This document shows positions 27,551 to 36,485 of a DNA stretch of 64,000 bases, piece after piece. The notes under the pieces are model-generated. The model did not search any database and had not been told where the DNA came from. It saw only the letters and a list, made by a program, of their open reading frames with translations. The stretch's first letter is position 1. Each line of letters opens with the position of its first letter. Source of the stretch: an uncultured bacterium (lineage in GTDB: Bacteria; Verrucomicrobiota; Verrucomicrobiia; Verrucomicrobiales; DEV007); the NCBI GenBank assembly GCA_963977015.1, contig CAXBMO010000004.1, forward strand, positions 128,001 to 192,000, written 5' to 3'. Position numbers and translations under genes: made by a program.

Positions 27551-28783
27551 CTAACCATGCCCCATCTCCTTGTGGTTGCCAATCGACAGCGCTTCCCAGG
27601 TGCCGTCGGGCTCCCGACGAAAGTGAGCCCGGAAGTTTTGGTTCACCCTGACCGACCACACATCATTTCCTCCCTTGGGCCACTTCTTGAAATCGGCTCC
27701 CGGTGTGATGGCCGCCTGAAGCTGTGATTTTTTCCGCTCCCAGGCATCCTGAATCGGTGGGGCGAGTTTGCGCAGCTTGCGCTGAAAATCACCGGATTCC
27801 ACGATTTCCTCCAAGTGACCGAACAGATCCAGGCAGCCTTCCAGAATCCCAAGTCGTTCTCCATCGTGAACGAGGTGGATGGGGCAGTAGCGCCAGTCGA
27901 TCCGGGGATGGATCGGGAACTGCCGCGGCCAATCCCAGCCGCCGCCCCGGTCTCCGAGATGGGGATTCGCCTTTCCCGTTTCGGAAAGGGCCCGGTAGCC
28001 TTCTGCCAGTTCCGTGAGATTGCGATCCCAGCCTTCCTTCTCGACATCGAGACCATCGCAGTAGCCTATCGGCTGGCCCCGAACAAATCCTTTCAGAGCC
28101 TCCTGCTTCCCGCGCACCTCCAGTGATCGTTTCCGAGTCCGGAACGCCTTGAGCATGTAGGCGTTCGCCAATTTTTCCTCTTCTTCACAGTAGCCGGGGT
28201 AATCCTCGAAAAACGCTTCCTTGGCCGGTCCCCACCATGGCTCCTGGAAAACCAATTCCATCTGGGCCACCGCGTAGTCCGTGGCAAAGTGAAACAGCTC
28301 ATGGTTGAGGATCGCGTGAAAGGCGAGGTGTGCCTTGGTCTTGTCTGTTGCCGGTAGGCCGCCGAAGGCATGCTTCATGAGGTAGGCAATCCCGGAAACC
28401 GGCACGTAAACGCCCCACTGCAATCCGGTCACGTGAAACGAGGAATACCAACCGACCGCATCCATCCCGTGGATTTCCACGCTTTTCCGGATCCGTTCCT
28501 CTTCTTCGCCATCCAGCGCCGGAAAAGTTTCTTCCGCCTCGGCTCCGATCTCGATCACCGGCTCAAAATCCGGAACCGACCCATCCGACTCCTGCTGCTC
28601 GTCGAAATCGTCACCATCCCACACGGAAAGAGGAGCTTCGCAGGTTTTTTCGGTCTCCGCGCCGGATAACGTGGTCACCGCCACCCTTGGTTCAGGACCG
28701 CGATTCTCGAACTCCGGCGATTCATCGAACAGCGCTCCCTCGATATCCTGCAAACTGTTGCGGACGCTGGTGATCAGTTTCAT
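27551..28783 (-). CDS. putative zincin metallopeptidase fused to a C-terminal RelE/ParE-like toxin domain
   Basis: NHELFH (HExxH) plus downstream EEKLANAY; C-terminal ~85 aa ESGDFQRKLRKL...FKKW...VWSVRVNQNFRAHF...IGNH. Confidence 0.65.
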   Translation of the reverse strand: MKLITSVRNSLQDIEGALFDESPEFENRGPEPRVAVTTLSGAETEKTCEAPLSVWDGDDFDEQQESDGSVPDFEPVIEIGAEAEETFPALDGEEEERIRKSVEIHGMDAVGWYSSFHVTGLQWGVYVPVSGIAYLMKHAFGGLPATDKTKAHLAFHAILNHELFHFATDYAVAQMELVFQEPWWGPAKEAFFEDYPGYCEEEEKLANAYMLKAFRTRKRSLEVRGKQEALKGFVRGQPIGYCDGLDVEKEGWDRNLTELAEGYRALSETGKANPHLGDRGGGWDWPRQFPIHPRIDWRYCPIHLVHDGERLGILEGCLDLFGHLEEIVESGDFQRKLRKLAPPIQDAWERKKSQLQAAITPGADFKKWPKGGNDVWSVRVNQNFRAHFRREPDGTWEALSIGNHKEMGHG

Positions 28784-28789
28784 TTCCTT

Positions 28790-30610
28790 TTAAGCCTCCT
28801 CCACCTCATCCTCCGCCACTCCTAGCTCGGATACAATCGCTCCCTTTCCCGTCGAGTTTTCCACCAAATCGAGAAGCGCGGCTTTCCGTGCCCGGTAGAA
28901 CCCATCGAAATCATCCGCTCGCAGGAACCTCGGCTCGATGCAGTGGGTGCGAAGAATCGAGTCCATCGCGTCGTCGTCGAGTTGGACTCCCTTGTGGGTC
29001 TGGATTTGCTCCAGGTAATGCGACGGGGCGTTGCCGCCGATCATCCGGTTGGCCTTGGCGGAGATGGCCGTCTTGTTGATGATGGAATTGTAGATCCGGG
29101 GTGAAATCCCCCGATCGTCGCACCACTTCCGGGGAAAGATGTGATGGATGTCGATTCCCCGCTCGTTGAGGTCCAGATCCAGCATCCTGGTCTTCCAGAA
29201 GAAGTCGCAGGCTCCCTGCTGCTGCACCAGCACATACAGACCCCGGTAGGCAGCGGAATTCCGCGTCCTCAAGGTATCGAGGCGCGACTCCTGGAACCCG
29301 GAGGCAACCACGGTCACCGGTTCCTCGACGACGTCTCCGGTCAACCAATCCATCAGGTTCTGGTAGTCCAGGGCGATCCTCGTTTCCACCGCGCCGCCAT
29401 ACATTTCCCCCAAAACCCCACACCAAAACCAGCGCGCCAGCCGGTCCTGGATGGCCGGTTCCAGCCAGCGTTCTTTCAAGTGGGTCAGGACCGTGGCCAG
29501 GGGCACCAATTGGCTGCGATAGGGAAGAAACCGTTGATGATGGAATCCCAGCATCCTCAGAAACTGTTCCGCTTCCAGGAACCCGCCGGTCAGGGGCTCC
29601 GTCCATCGCTGGTAGGCCGGCAGCGGCGTGGAAAGGACGTGCTCGCGTTTCGCGCTGACCGTGGTGGCTTCCTTCGGTTTCTTTCCGGCAGCCAAATCAG
29701 CCAGCCTTCGTTCCCGGGAATCGAGCAGGGCGATTCCCTGAAGGAAATCGGTCGGCTCCAGGTCGGTGAGGATGGACTTGGCCGCCAGCTTCGCTTTCCG
29801 TCCCGTTCCCGCAGGCTCGCCGAACCAGTCCTTCCGCATGTTGTAGCCGTCCGCCGCATAGCTGGCCGTGACCAGCTCAAAGACGGAGAGCGCCACCCCA
29901 CCGGTGTTCACCTTTTCAAACACCAGGCAAACGGCCTCCTTGGAGGTTTCCTTTTTGAGGAGAATGACCGGGATCATGTAGCCTCGGAATGCGGCGAGAA
30001 CTTCCTTCCGAAAGGTCATGTAGGTCGAGAACCGTTCCGGAAACCGTTCATTGAGCCCTTCTTCCCATGCGTCGGAATCCAGGATCTGGCTGCAGGGGAA
30101 GCACATCGCCTCGTATTCCTTTTCCGGGCTGCTCAGATCCAGGTCAATCTGCCGCCCGAAATCCGACCGCAGGGTTTTCCGTTCGTCCACAGCGATGATG
30201 GCGGCTTCCAGGGATTGCGGTCCCTCCAGCGCCTTGGCGATGTCGAAGTAGTAGTGCCGTTTGATCGGTCGCTTGTTGTCGTCCCGAGTGGCGACCGGCC
30301 CATCGCCTTTCACCACCTGGGTCAGGGAGGTGAGCCGCTGCTGGCCGTCGAGGATGAGGCGTTCCGCGTCTGAGCCGGGAGACAAGGTGACGCCTTCGAC
30401 CGGCCGGAGCTGAAATCGCGTTTCTCCTCCCGTTTCCAGAATCATGACCGCGCCAATCGGAAAGGAACGGGCGATGCTGACGAGGAGGGAACGAATATGC
30501 TCGTCATCCCAAACCCAGCCGCGCTGAAAGTCCGGCAGTTGGATCTTGCCCTCCACGATGTCGTCGAGGAGGTCGCTGAGCTTGAGCTTGGTGGAGTCGA
30601 AGGTGGACAT
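28790..30610 (-). CDS. gmrSD: GmrSD-family (DUF262 + HNH) modification-dependent restriction endonuclease
   Basis: LPDFQRGWVW, LDGQQRLTS, FEKVNTGG (DUF262); DIHHIFP...N...N HNH-like C-terminus. Confidence 0.88.
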   Translation of the reverse strand: MSTFDSTKLKLSDLLDDIVEGKIQLPDFQRGWVWDDEHIRSLLVSIARSFPIGAVMILETGGETRFQLRPVEGVTLSPGSDAERLILDGQQRLTSLTQVVKGDGPVATRDDNKRPIKRHYYFDIAKALEGPQSLEAAIIAVDERKTLRSDFGRQIDLDLSSPEKEYEAMCFPCSQILDSDAWEEGLNERFPERFSTYMTFRKEVLAAFRGYMIPVILLKKETSKEAVCLVFEKVNTGGVALSVFELVTASYAADGYNMRKDWFGEPAGTGRKAKLAAKSILTDLEPTDFLQGIALLDSRERRLADLAAGKKPKEATTVSAKREHVLSTPLPAYQRWTEPLTGGFLEAEQFLRMLGFHHQRFLPYRSQLVPLATVLTHLKERWLEPAIQDRLARWFWCGVLGEMYGGAVETRIALDYQNLMDWLTGDVVEEPVTVVASGFQESRLDTLRTRNSAAYRGLYVLVQQQGACDFFWKTRMLDLDLNERGIDIHHIFPRKWCDDRGISPRIYNSIINKTAISAKANRMIGGNAPSHYLEQIQTHKGVQLDDDAMDSILRTHCIEPRFLRADDFDGFYRARKAALLDLVENSTGKGAIVSELGVAEDEVEEA

Positions 30611-30627
30611 GGGGAAACGTTGGGCTA

Positions 30628-31764
30628 CTAAAGTTCTCCGTTAAAGGCGCGGGATTGGAGGGAGGCGAAAAGGGTGTCCAGTTCGGCGAGATGGGCGCGC
30701 AGGCGGGCTTTCTGGCGCTCGACCGATTCGACGACGGCGGCGAAGCTGTGTTGGAGGTCGAGGGGCGGCGTAGGGATTGGTAGCTTCTTCACATCGCCGA
30801 GATTGATTCCTCGAACTGCAATTCCTTTCGTCCTGCGCGCCATGTAGTGCTGCATCCCTTGAGTCGTGATGCACTGCATGACGTAGGCTGCTTCAGCTTC
30901 CGCCAAAGCGAGTCGGGCCGTATCTTGGGTAATATTAGCGCCTTCGGCATCATGCGGGGTTATCGCCATCCGACCAACGTGGCCCCTGATCGACATGAGT
31001 AGATCACCGGGCTTAAGACGCGACCGATTGTATTGATTCGCAATTTCTACCGTGGTTCTTCGGAGTTGGTTAACTAGCACTTGCTCATTCTTAATGTCGA
31101 CGACTCGCACATAGGGAATTCCGTCTTCAATATCCGGGCCCGGTTTAAGAATTCCGTAGGTGATTGGCCGATTCGGATCGATCAGCTTCTCCAGCGGAGC
31201 GTTCTCCCACCCCATCGGATTGGTGACGGGGTCGCCGAAGAGGGTGAGGAAGGTGGATTGGAGGAGGGTGTCGAGCTGGGCGAGGGACTCGCGGCGCTTG
31301 GCCCGCAAGGCGTCCGCCGCATCCAGGATCCCCGCAATCCGCTTCTGCTCGGCGAGGGGCGGGAGGGGGATTTGGATTCGGCTCGCTCCTGCCTTCGTAA
31401 GCTTTGCACGGGTCGTGCCGGTGAGCTGTGGTGTTACGTCAAGGTGCTTCAGCACAAGACATAGATAATCGAGATCTGTGCCGGACTTGGGCCGCAAGAC
31501 ATGTGCATGGTTGTTTACCCACGTTTTGCCGCTGATTTTATACGCGATGCCCCGGTTCGGTTCGAAGAAGTGTCCACCATCCTCAGCGAGAAGGACCAGC
31601 GGTTCATCGAAGATGAAGCCGTCGATGGTCCCCTGTTGCCCGTTCGCTCCAAAGTATGGGTATGGACCGGGATTTCGGTCGGCAGCTTTCACAGGACGCC
31701 TTTGGGAGTCAAGAAACTCAACCGCCTGTCCCAAAGTTGTAAGCGCAGTCGGAACTTCGCTCAT
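30628..31764 (-). CDS. hsdS: type I R-M specificity subunit; start MSEVP at 31764 overlaps the hsdM stop
   Basis: Two TRDs each followed by conserved IPLPPLAEQ / IPTPPLDLQ helices; ends AFNGEL. Confidence 0.94.
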   Translation of the reverse strand: MSEVPTALTTLGQAVEFLDSQRRPVKAADRNPGPYPYFGANGQQGTIDGFIFDEPLVLLAEDGGHFFEPNRGIAYKISGKTWVNNHAHVLRPKSGTDLDYLCLVLKHLDVTPQLTGTTRAKLTKAGASRIQIPLPPLAEQKRIAGILDAADALRAKRRESLAQLDTLLQSTFLTLFGDPVTNPMGWENAPLEKLIDPNRPITYGILKPGPDIEDGIPYVRVVDIKNEQVLVNQLRRTTVEIANQYNRSRLKPGDLLMSIRGHVGRMAITPHDAEGANITQDTARLALAEAEAAYVMQCITTQGMQHYMARRTKGIAVRGINLGDVKKLPIPTPPLDLQHSFAAVVESVERQKARLRAHLAELDTLFASLQSRAFNGEL

Positions 31765-33287
31765 CCTAACTTCCCCTCCAGCTCCTTCCGCCCTTTGGTG
31801 ATCTCTTCTTCCAGCTTCGCCAGCCGCTCCAGAATCACCCCCGGCGGATCGTATTCGACCGCTTCGTATTCCACCTCCTTGTAGCGGTTGATCGAGAGGT
31901 CGTAGTCGTTGCCTGCGATCTCGTCCTTCGGCACGAGGAAGCTCTGGTCGGTGCGTTTCCGCTTTTTCTCGGCCTTGCGGTTCTTCCACCGGGCCAGGAT
32001 GTCAGCCAAGTCGCTCTTGTCCGGCTGCGGGGTGCGCTTGTCGTCGAGCGAGTAGCCATCGGCCTGCATGTCGTAGAACCAGACTGCATCCGTTCCCCCA
32101 GAGTTGGTCTTGGTGAAAAGCAGGATGGCGGTGGAAACCCCGGCGTAGGGCTTGAAGACGCCGGATGGCATCGAGATGACGGCGTCGAGCTTCTGGTCCT
32201 CGACCAGGATCTTGCGCAGCGCCTTGTGCGCGGTGGAGCTGCCGAAAAGAACACCATCCGGCACGATGACGGCGGCGCGCCCGCCGGTCTGGAGCAGACG
32301 CAGGAAGAGGGCGAGGAAAAGCAGCTCGGTCTTCTTCGTCTTGACGATCTGGAGCAGGTCCTTGGCGGTGGACTCGAAATCCAGGCTGCCCGCGAACGGC
32401 GGGTTGGCGAGGACGAGGGAAAACCGCTCGGCGTCGTCCTCATCGGCCTGGGCCAGGGAATCCTTGTAACGGATGTCCGGGTTTTCCACGCCGTGCAGGA
32501 GCATGTTCATGCTGCCGATCCGCAGCATGGTGCTGTCGAAATCGTAGCCGTGGAAGGTGTGCTCGTTGAAACGGCGGCGGCTGGCCTCATCCTTGAAGAT
32601 GGCGTCGCCGTGATGATCGCGCAGAAACTCCGACGCGGCGATGAGGAAACCGCCGGTGCCGCAGGCGGGATCGCAAATGACATCCTTCGGTGTCGGAGCC
32701 ATCATCTCCACCATGAGCTGGATGATGTGGCGCGGGGTGCGGAACTGGCCGTTCTGCCCGGCGCTGGCGATCTTGCCGAGCATGTATTCGTAGAGATCGC
32801 CCTTGGTGTCGCGGTCGGCCATGTCGATGCCGTCGAGCTGATCGACCACGCTGGCGAGGACCCGGGGCGTCGGCATCATGAAGAGGGCGTCCTTCATGTG
32901 GTGGGTGTAGGTGCTGTCGCCCTCCGCCGCGCTCTTGCCGCCGCCGTTCTGGCCCAGCGACTTCATGAACGGAAAAACCTCGTCGCGCAACACCTCGAAC
33001 ATGTCGTTTGGACCGAAATCCCGAAAGCGCGACCAGCGCAGGTCTTGGAAGGAGCGTTGCGGCTTGGCCCGCGATTCCGGGTTCGGTCCTTCGGGGAAAA
33101 TCGGCTTCTGGATCGGCTTTTTTGTCCGGTTTGCCCTGGCTTCGGCCAGGGTGTGGATCTCGTCGAGCCGCTTGATGAAAAGCAGGTAGGTGATCTGCTC
33201 GATGACGGAGAGCGGGTTGGAAATTCCCCCGGACCACATCGTGTCCCAGATTTTGTCGACTTTGGAGCGCAGTTCGCCGGTAATCAT
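31761..33287 (-). CDS. hsdM: type I R-M N6-adenine methyltransferase
   Basis: MITGELRSKVD start; GQFRTPRH; DPACGTGGF; ANPPF. Confidence 0.97.
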   Translation of the reverse strand: MITGELRSKVDKIWDTMWSGGISNPLSVIEQITYLLFIKRLDEIHTLAEARANRTKKPIQKPIFPEGPNPESRAKPQRSFQDLRWSRFRDFGPNDMFEVLRDEVFPFMKSLGQNGGGKSAAEGDSTYTHHMKDALFMMPTPRVLASVVDQLDGIDMADRDTKGDLYEYMLGKIASAGQNGQFRTPRHIIQLMVEMMAPTPKDVICDPACGTGGFLIAASEFLRDHHGDAIFKDEASRRRFNEHTFHGYDFDSTMLRIGSMNMLLHGVENPDIRYKDSLAQADEDDAERFSLVLANPPFAGSLDFESTAKDLLQIVKTKKTELLFLALFLRLLQTGGRAAVIVPDGVLFGSSTAHKALRKILVEDQKLDAVISMPSGVFKPYAGVSTAILLFTKTNSGGTDAVWFYDMQADGYSLDDKRTPQPDKSDLADILARWKNRKAEKKRKRTDQSFLVPKDEIAGNDYDLSINRYKEVEYEAVEYDPPGVILERLAKLEEEITKGRKELEGKLG

Positions 33288-33434
33288 GTGGCGGAGATAT
33301 AGGGCAGAATGTTAGGGTGTGCCAGTGGGAAACTGGTGAACCCGGTGGACGAAGCGGCAGCCGTCCCCTTAAATCGATCCTGTTCCCGGCGGCAGTCCGC
33401 TGGCGACGCCGATTTGGAGGTTCATCTACCCACC

Positions 33435-34976
33435 TCATTCACACCGCGCCGGATGCCCCGGCCAGAACGTGCGGACGGACTTTGCTTCGATCACCATGTC
33501 GGCAAACAGTTCCGGACTGACCAAGGCCAGCTTGGCAAGCCGCGCCCCGATCAATCCCATGCTGTCGTGGAATTGGGTGGTGAAGTGGTCGTGCGCGTAT
33601 TCGTGGGCAAACTCGTGAATGAGCAGCTCGTTGATCCGTTGAAGGCCTTCCCAACTGCGATCGTTGAAGAAGCGATGGCCCAGCGTGCCGAGGTTGAAGG
33701 TGAGCGTTCCGCCCTCGCCGTAGGTCGCCGCGACTGGCCAGGTCGGTTTGCAGACGATGCGCACGTTGAGGTCATGCTGGACCAATTCCGGACCGATGCG
33801 ATGCACATACTGTTCCACCAAATGCATCGCTGGAGTCCACTCCAACGGTTCCATCTGTTGACTGGGGTTCTCCTCCTGATGATGCGTTGGCGTGACCTGA
33901 CCGGCAGGTTTGATCGCTTCAGCCTGGCGGGCGTTCTCCCATTCCTGTTTCGACATCGAACCGCCGGCGACGACGTTGTAGCCTTCGGCCATGGCTTTCT
34001 TGTTGGCCTCACGATCGTTCACATCGTAGGAGACCCGATTCTCGCCGAAGCGTAAGTCCAGGGATGTGGTCGTCGCTTCCGGGGCGCAGCGATGATCATT
34101 GGTGGCCGCACGAGCCCAGTCCTGAGTCACGTCCTCTTTCTCAAGAAGATGATGAGACTCGTTAAAGACGGCGACGCGCAATTCCTGCAGATACGCCGGT
34201 GTCACGTTATCGCGCTGCATATTGAGAGGGACACGTTGTTGGACGTCGCAGTGCCAGCGCGTTCCGCTAAGGACGACGGGAATACCCATCTCGTAGATCC
34301 AGCCTTCGCTGCGTTCGCCGCAGTCATAAAGCCGCACAGCGGTTTTCCGCCGGGTGCGACGGATCGCGCCGCTGTCATCGCCGATCGTGGTGGGCAGGGT
34401 CGTGGTGAACTCGTGGACAAAGGGCGGCGCGAGCAATTCTTCGCCATTGAAGCGAACGCTGACTTCCTGGGGAGGGAGCAGGCTGCGCATGCCATCGCAG
34501 GCATTCAAATACTCAGCCTGGCTCATGATCAGTTCCCCCTCGAAGCGCGTCCCCCGGACCCGGTGATCGCTGGAGTTGAAGCGTCGCCCGTCACGGAAGC
34601 TGACGGTTCCCTTGGTCGAAGCGATCGTCGCCTCGGTGCAAAATGCCAGGACCAGTTTCTCACCCAGGTTCCAGATGCCGCGTTGCTCGGGGTTGTGCAG
34701 CTTGGAACTGTCGGCGTAGAGCGTGTAGCTGTGGGTCAGGTCCTTGAAGCCTTCGGGGCTGTCGTCCTCGACAATCAACCGGCAACGCTCACCGCCGGGA
34801 ATCGGCTCGAGATTGATCGTAACGCGGGTCACGTCTTCATCGACCGCGTTCTGGTAAAGCTCATAGATGAGGAAGTTCTTAGAGCGGTTGGCGAACTTGC
34901 GACGTAAGCCGGCCACATCGACGCGGAACATGTCCTCGCCTGCCGCTTGTGATTTGAAGGGGTAGTTTGCGATCAT
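33435..34976 (-). CDS. HSP90/GHKL ATPase fused to a C-terminal zincin-like (HExxH) domain; start uncertain
   Basis: GHKL motifs YELYQNAVD, VEDDSPEGF, RGIWNLGEK, GTRF; HSP90-like VPLNMQRD loop; LLIHEFAH...DH. Confidence 0.7.
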   Translation of the reverse strand: MIANYPFKSQAAGEDMFRVDVAGLRRKFANRSKNFLIYELYQNAVDEDVTRVTINLEPIPGGERCRLIVEDDSPEGFKDLTHSYTLYADSSKLHNPEQRGIWNLGEKLVLAFCTEATIASTKGTVSFRDGRRFNSSDHRVRGTRFEGELIMSQAEYLNACDGMRSLLPPQEVSVRFNGEELLAPPFVHEFTTTLPTTIGDDSGAIRRTRRKTAVRLYDCGERSEGWIYEMGIPVVLSGTRWHCDVQQRVPLNMQRDNVTPAYLQELRVAVFNESHHLLEKEDVTQDWARAATNDHRCAPEATTTSLDLRFGENRVSYDVNDREANKKAMAEGYNVVAGGSMSKQEWENARQAEAIKPAGQVTPTHHQEENPSQQMEPLEWTPAMHLVEQYVHRIGPELVQHDLNVRIVCKPTWPVAATYGEGGTLTFNLGTLGHRFFNDRSWEGLQRINELLIHEFAHEYAHDHFTTQFHDSMGLIGARLAKLALVSPELFADMVIEAKSVRTFWPGHPARCE

Positions 34977-35555
34977 GATGGTAGTCCTGTTGGGTGGAGA
35001 GGGAGGTTGCCCGGGACTGCTCGAAAACCTGCTCATCCCTGCGCCTTCAAACTCTCCCAAAATGCTTCGCCGGTTTCGATTATAATTGGACGAAAGATTT
35101 GGAATGATTTCGTGTCAGGAAATTTTTGAACCTTCTGGCGATGATCCACCAAGGTTCATCTTCCGTGTTAGGTCAGCGCTTGGCCGAGAAAGAATTGGAA
35201 ATCCTGTTCTGAAAAATCCGGGGCTTCGTCAGTTACTACCTGCAACGTAATGGTTGGAATCTCCTGATCTTCTTCCTATCCGCAACACGTTGGACATTGA
35301 GTGCATCCTCTTTGATGAGGTGATTGCCGAAATGTTCGGTGTCATGACGATGCCCCCCCCCTGCTATGTAAGGACTGAGATCCATCCTGGTTCCTCGAAA
35401 GCGACTCTCTTCCTCCGGCCCAAAGCGACCGTGTCGCCAAACAGCACGAACCCAATACCTCGAAGGAATGTGGCGGCGCTACGCCGACGACAGGTGACCT
35501 GCCGAACAAATTCTCTGGGGAGATCGGTGGGTTTTTAGCCGCGGCCCGGCCTTCG

Positions 35556-36290
35556 TCAGCCGAACACCTTGAAGAGGTGCCGAATCTCCTCTTCCAGATC
35601 CTCTTCCTCGTTCAGCGTGTCGGCGACTTCCTTCCGGACAGTCTTGCGGTAGGCGCCTCGGAGCCGACACACTGCCGTTCTCACCGCGCCCTCCTTCATC
35701 CCGAGGCGCTCGCCCATCTCGGCGTAGGGAAGCGCTTCATCGCCATCCAGCGTCAGGTAAATCCGCAATTCCTCAAAGAGCGCCAGCTTTCCCGCCTTCT
35801 CGTATTCATCGCGAAGCCGATCCAGAACGAGGCTGAGCAAGGTCATGACCCACTGCCGGTCGAATCGGCGTTCGGGTTCCTCCTCCAGATCTTCGGTATC
35901 CAACATCCGCCCCTCGGCGATTTCCTGTTCGATGGATAGAATCTTGACGTGACCTCCGCGTTTTTCCGCCTTTTTGCGATTCCAGTCGTTGGCCAGGAAA
36001 TGGCGAAAAGCGACGATCAAAAACGTTCGCAATCGCCCCTTGTTCTCCTCCACGCAGTCGAATTGACGACGCCGCAGCAAATCTGCAAGAAAACTCTGGG
36101 TGACGTCTTCGGCATCGTGTGGGGAAAATCCGCGACCTCGCGCATAGGTATAGATCGGGTGCCAATAGGCTTGGCAAAGCTCGGTGAGAATCTGATTGCG
36201 ATCGTTGCCGGCCGGTTCGTGCAGGCGCTGAACCAATGTCCAACGCGTGTTGGGAAATTCGCGACCGACCCATGTTCGATTTGCAATCAT
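35556..36290 (-). CDS. ECF sigma factor (kinase-associated PVC type)
   Basis: FPNTRWTLV, LCQAYWHPIY, DAEDVTQ, GRLRTFL, region 4 YAEMGERLGMKEGAVR. Confidence 0.9.
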   Translation of the reverse strand: MIANRTWVGREFPNTRWTLVQRLHEPAGNDRNQILTELCQAYWHPIYTYARGRGFSPHDAEDVTQSFLADLLRRRQFDCVEENKGRLRTFLIVAFRHFLANDWNRKKAEKRGGHVKILSIEQEIAEGRMLDTEDLEEEPERRFDRQWVMTLLSLVLDRLRDEYEKAGKLALFEELRIYLTLDGDEALPYAEMGERLGMKEGAVRTAVCRLRGAYRKTVRKEVADTLNEEEDLEEEIRHLFKVFG

Positions 36291-36485
36291 GTCAGGGAAT
36301 TTAGCCGTCAATTCTCCTTTTTCAGAAAAAAATCAGTAACGTTTGCCCAAAAATTCTTCTTTAAAGTGTGGAGAGGGTTGATGTGCCGGATGGGCCAGTC
36401 CTCTAAACGGGTCTGTAGCTGCGGTTTTCGAACCGCGATGGGCAGGGATCCGCCATCGATCCTCTCCACGTTTTTTGACCGGGAT

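Noticed and set aside
30628-31764. Invertible hsdS (shufflon-type) locus
   Set aside because: Only one hsdS; no silent TRD copies, flanking inverted repeats or recombinase seen
31765-31989. N-terminal extension of hsdS in the ORF track
   Set aside because: Overlaps hsdM out of frame; the ATGA-coupled start at 31764 is far more plausible
35353-35361. C9 homopolymer as a phase-variation switch
   Set aside because: Not within a credible gene or recognisable promoter; a single tract is weak evidence
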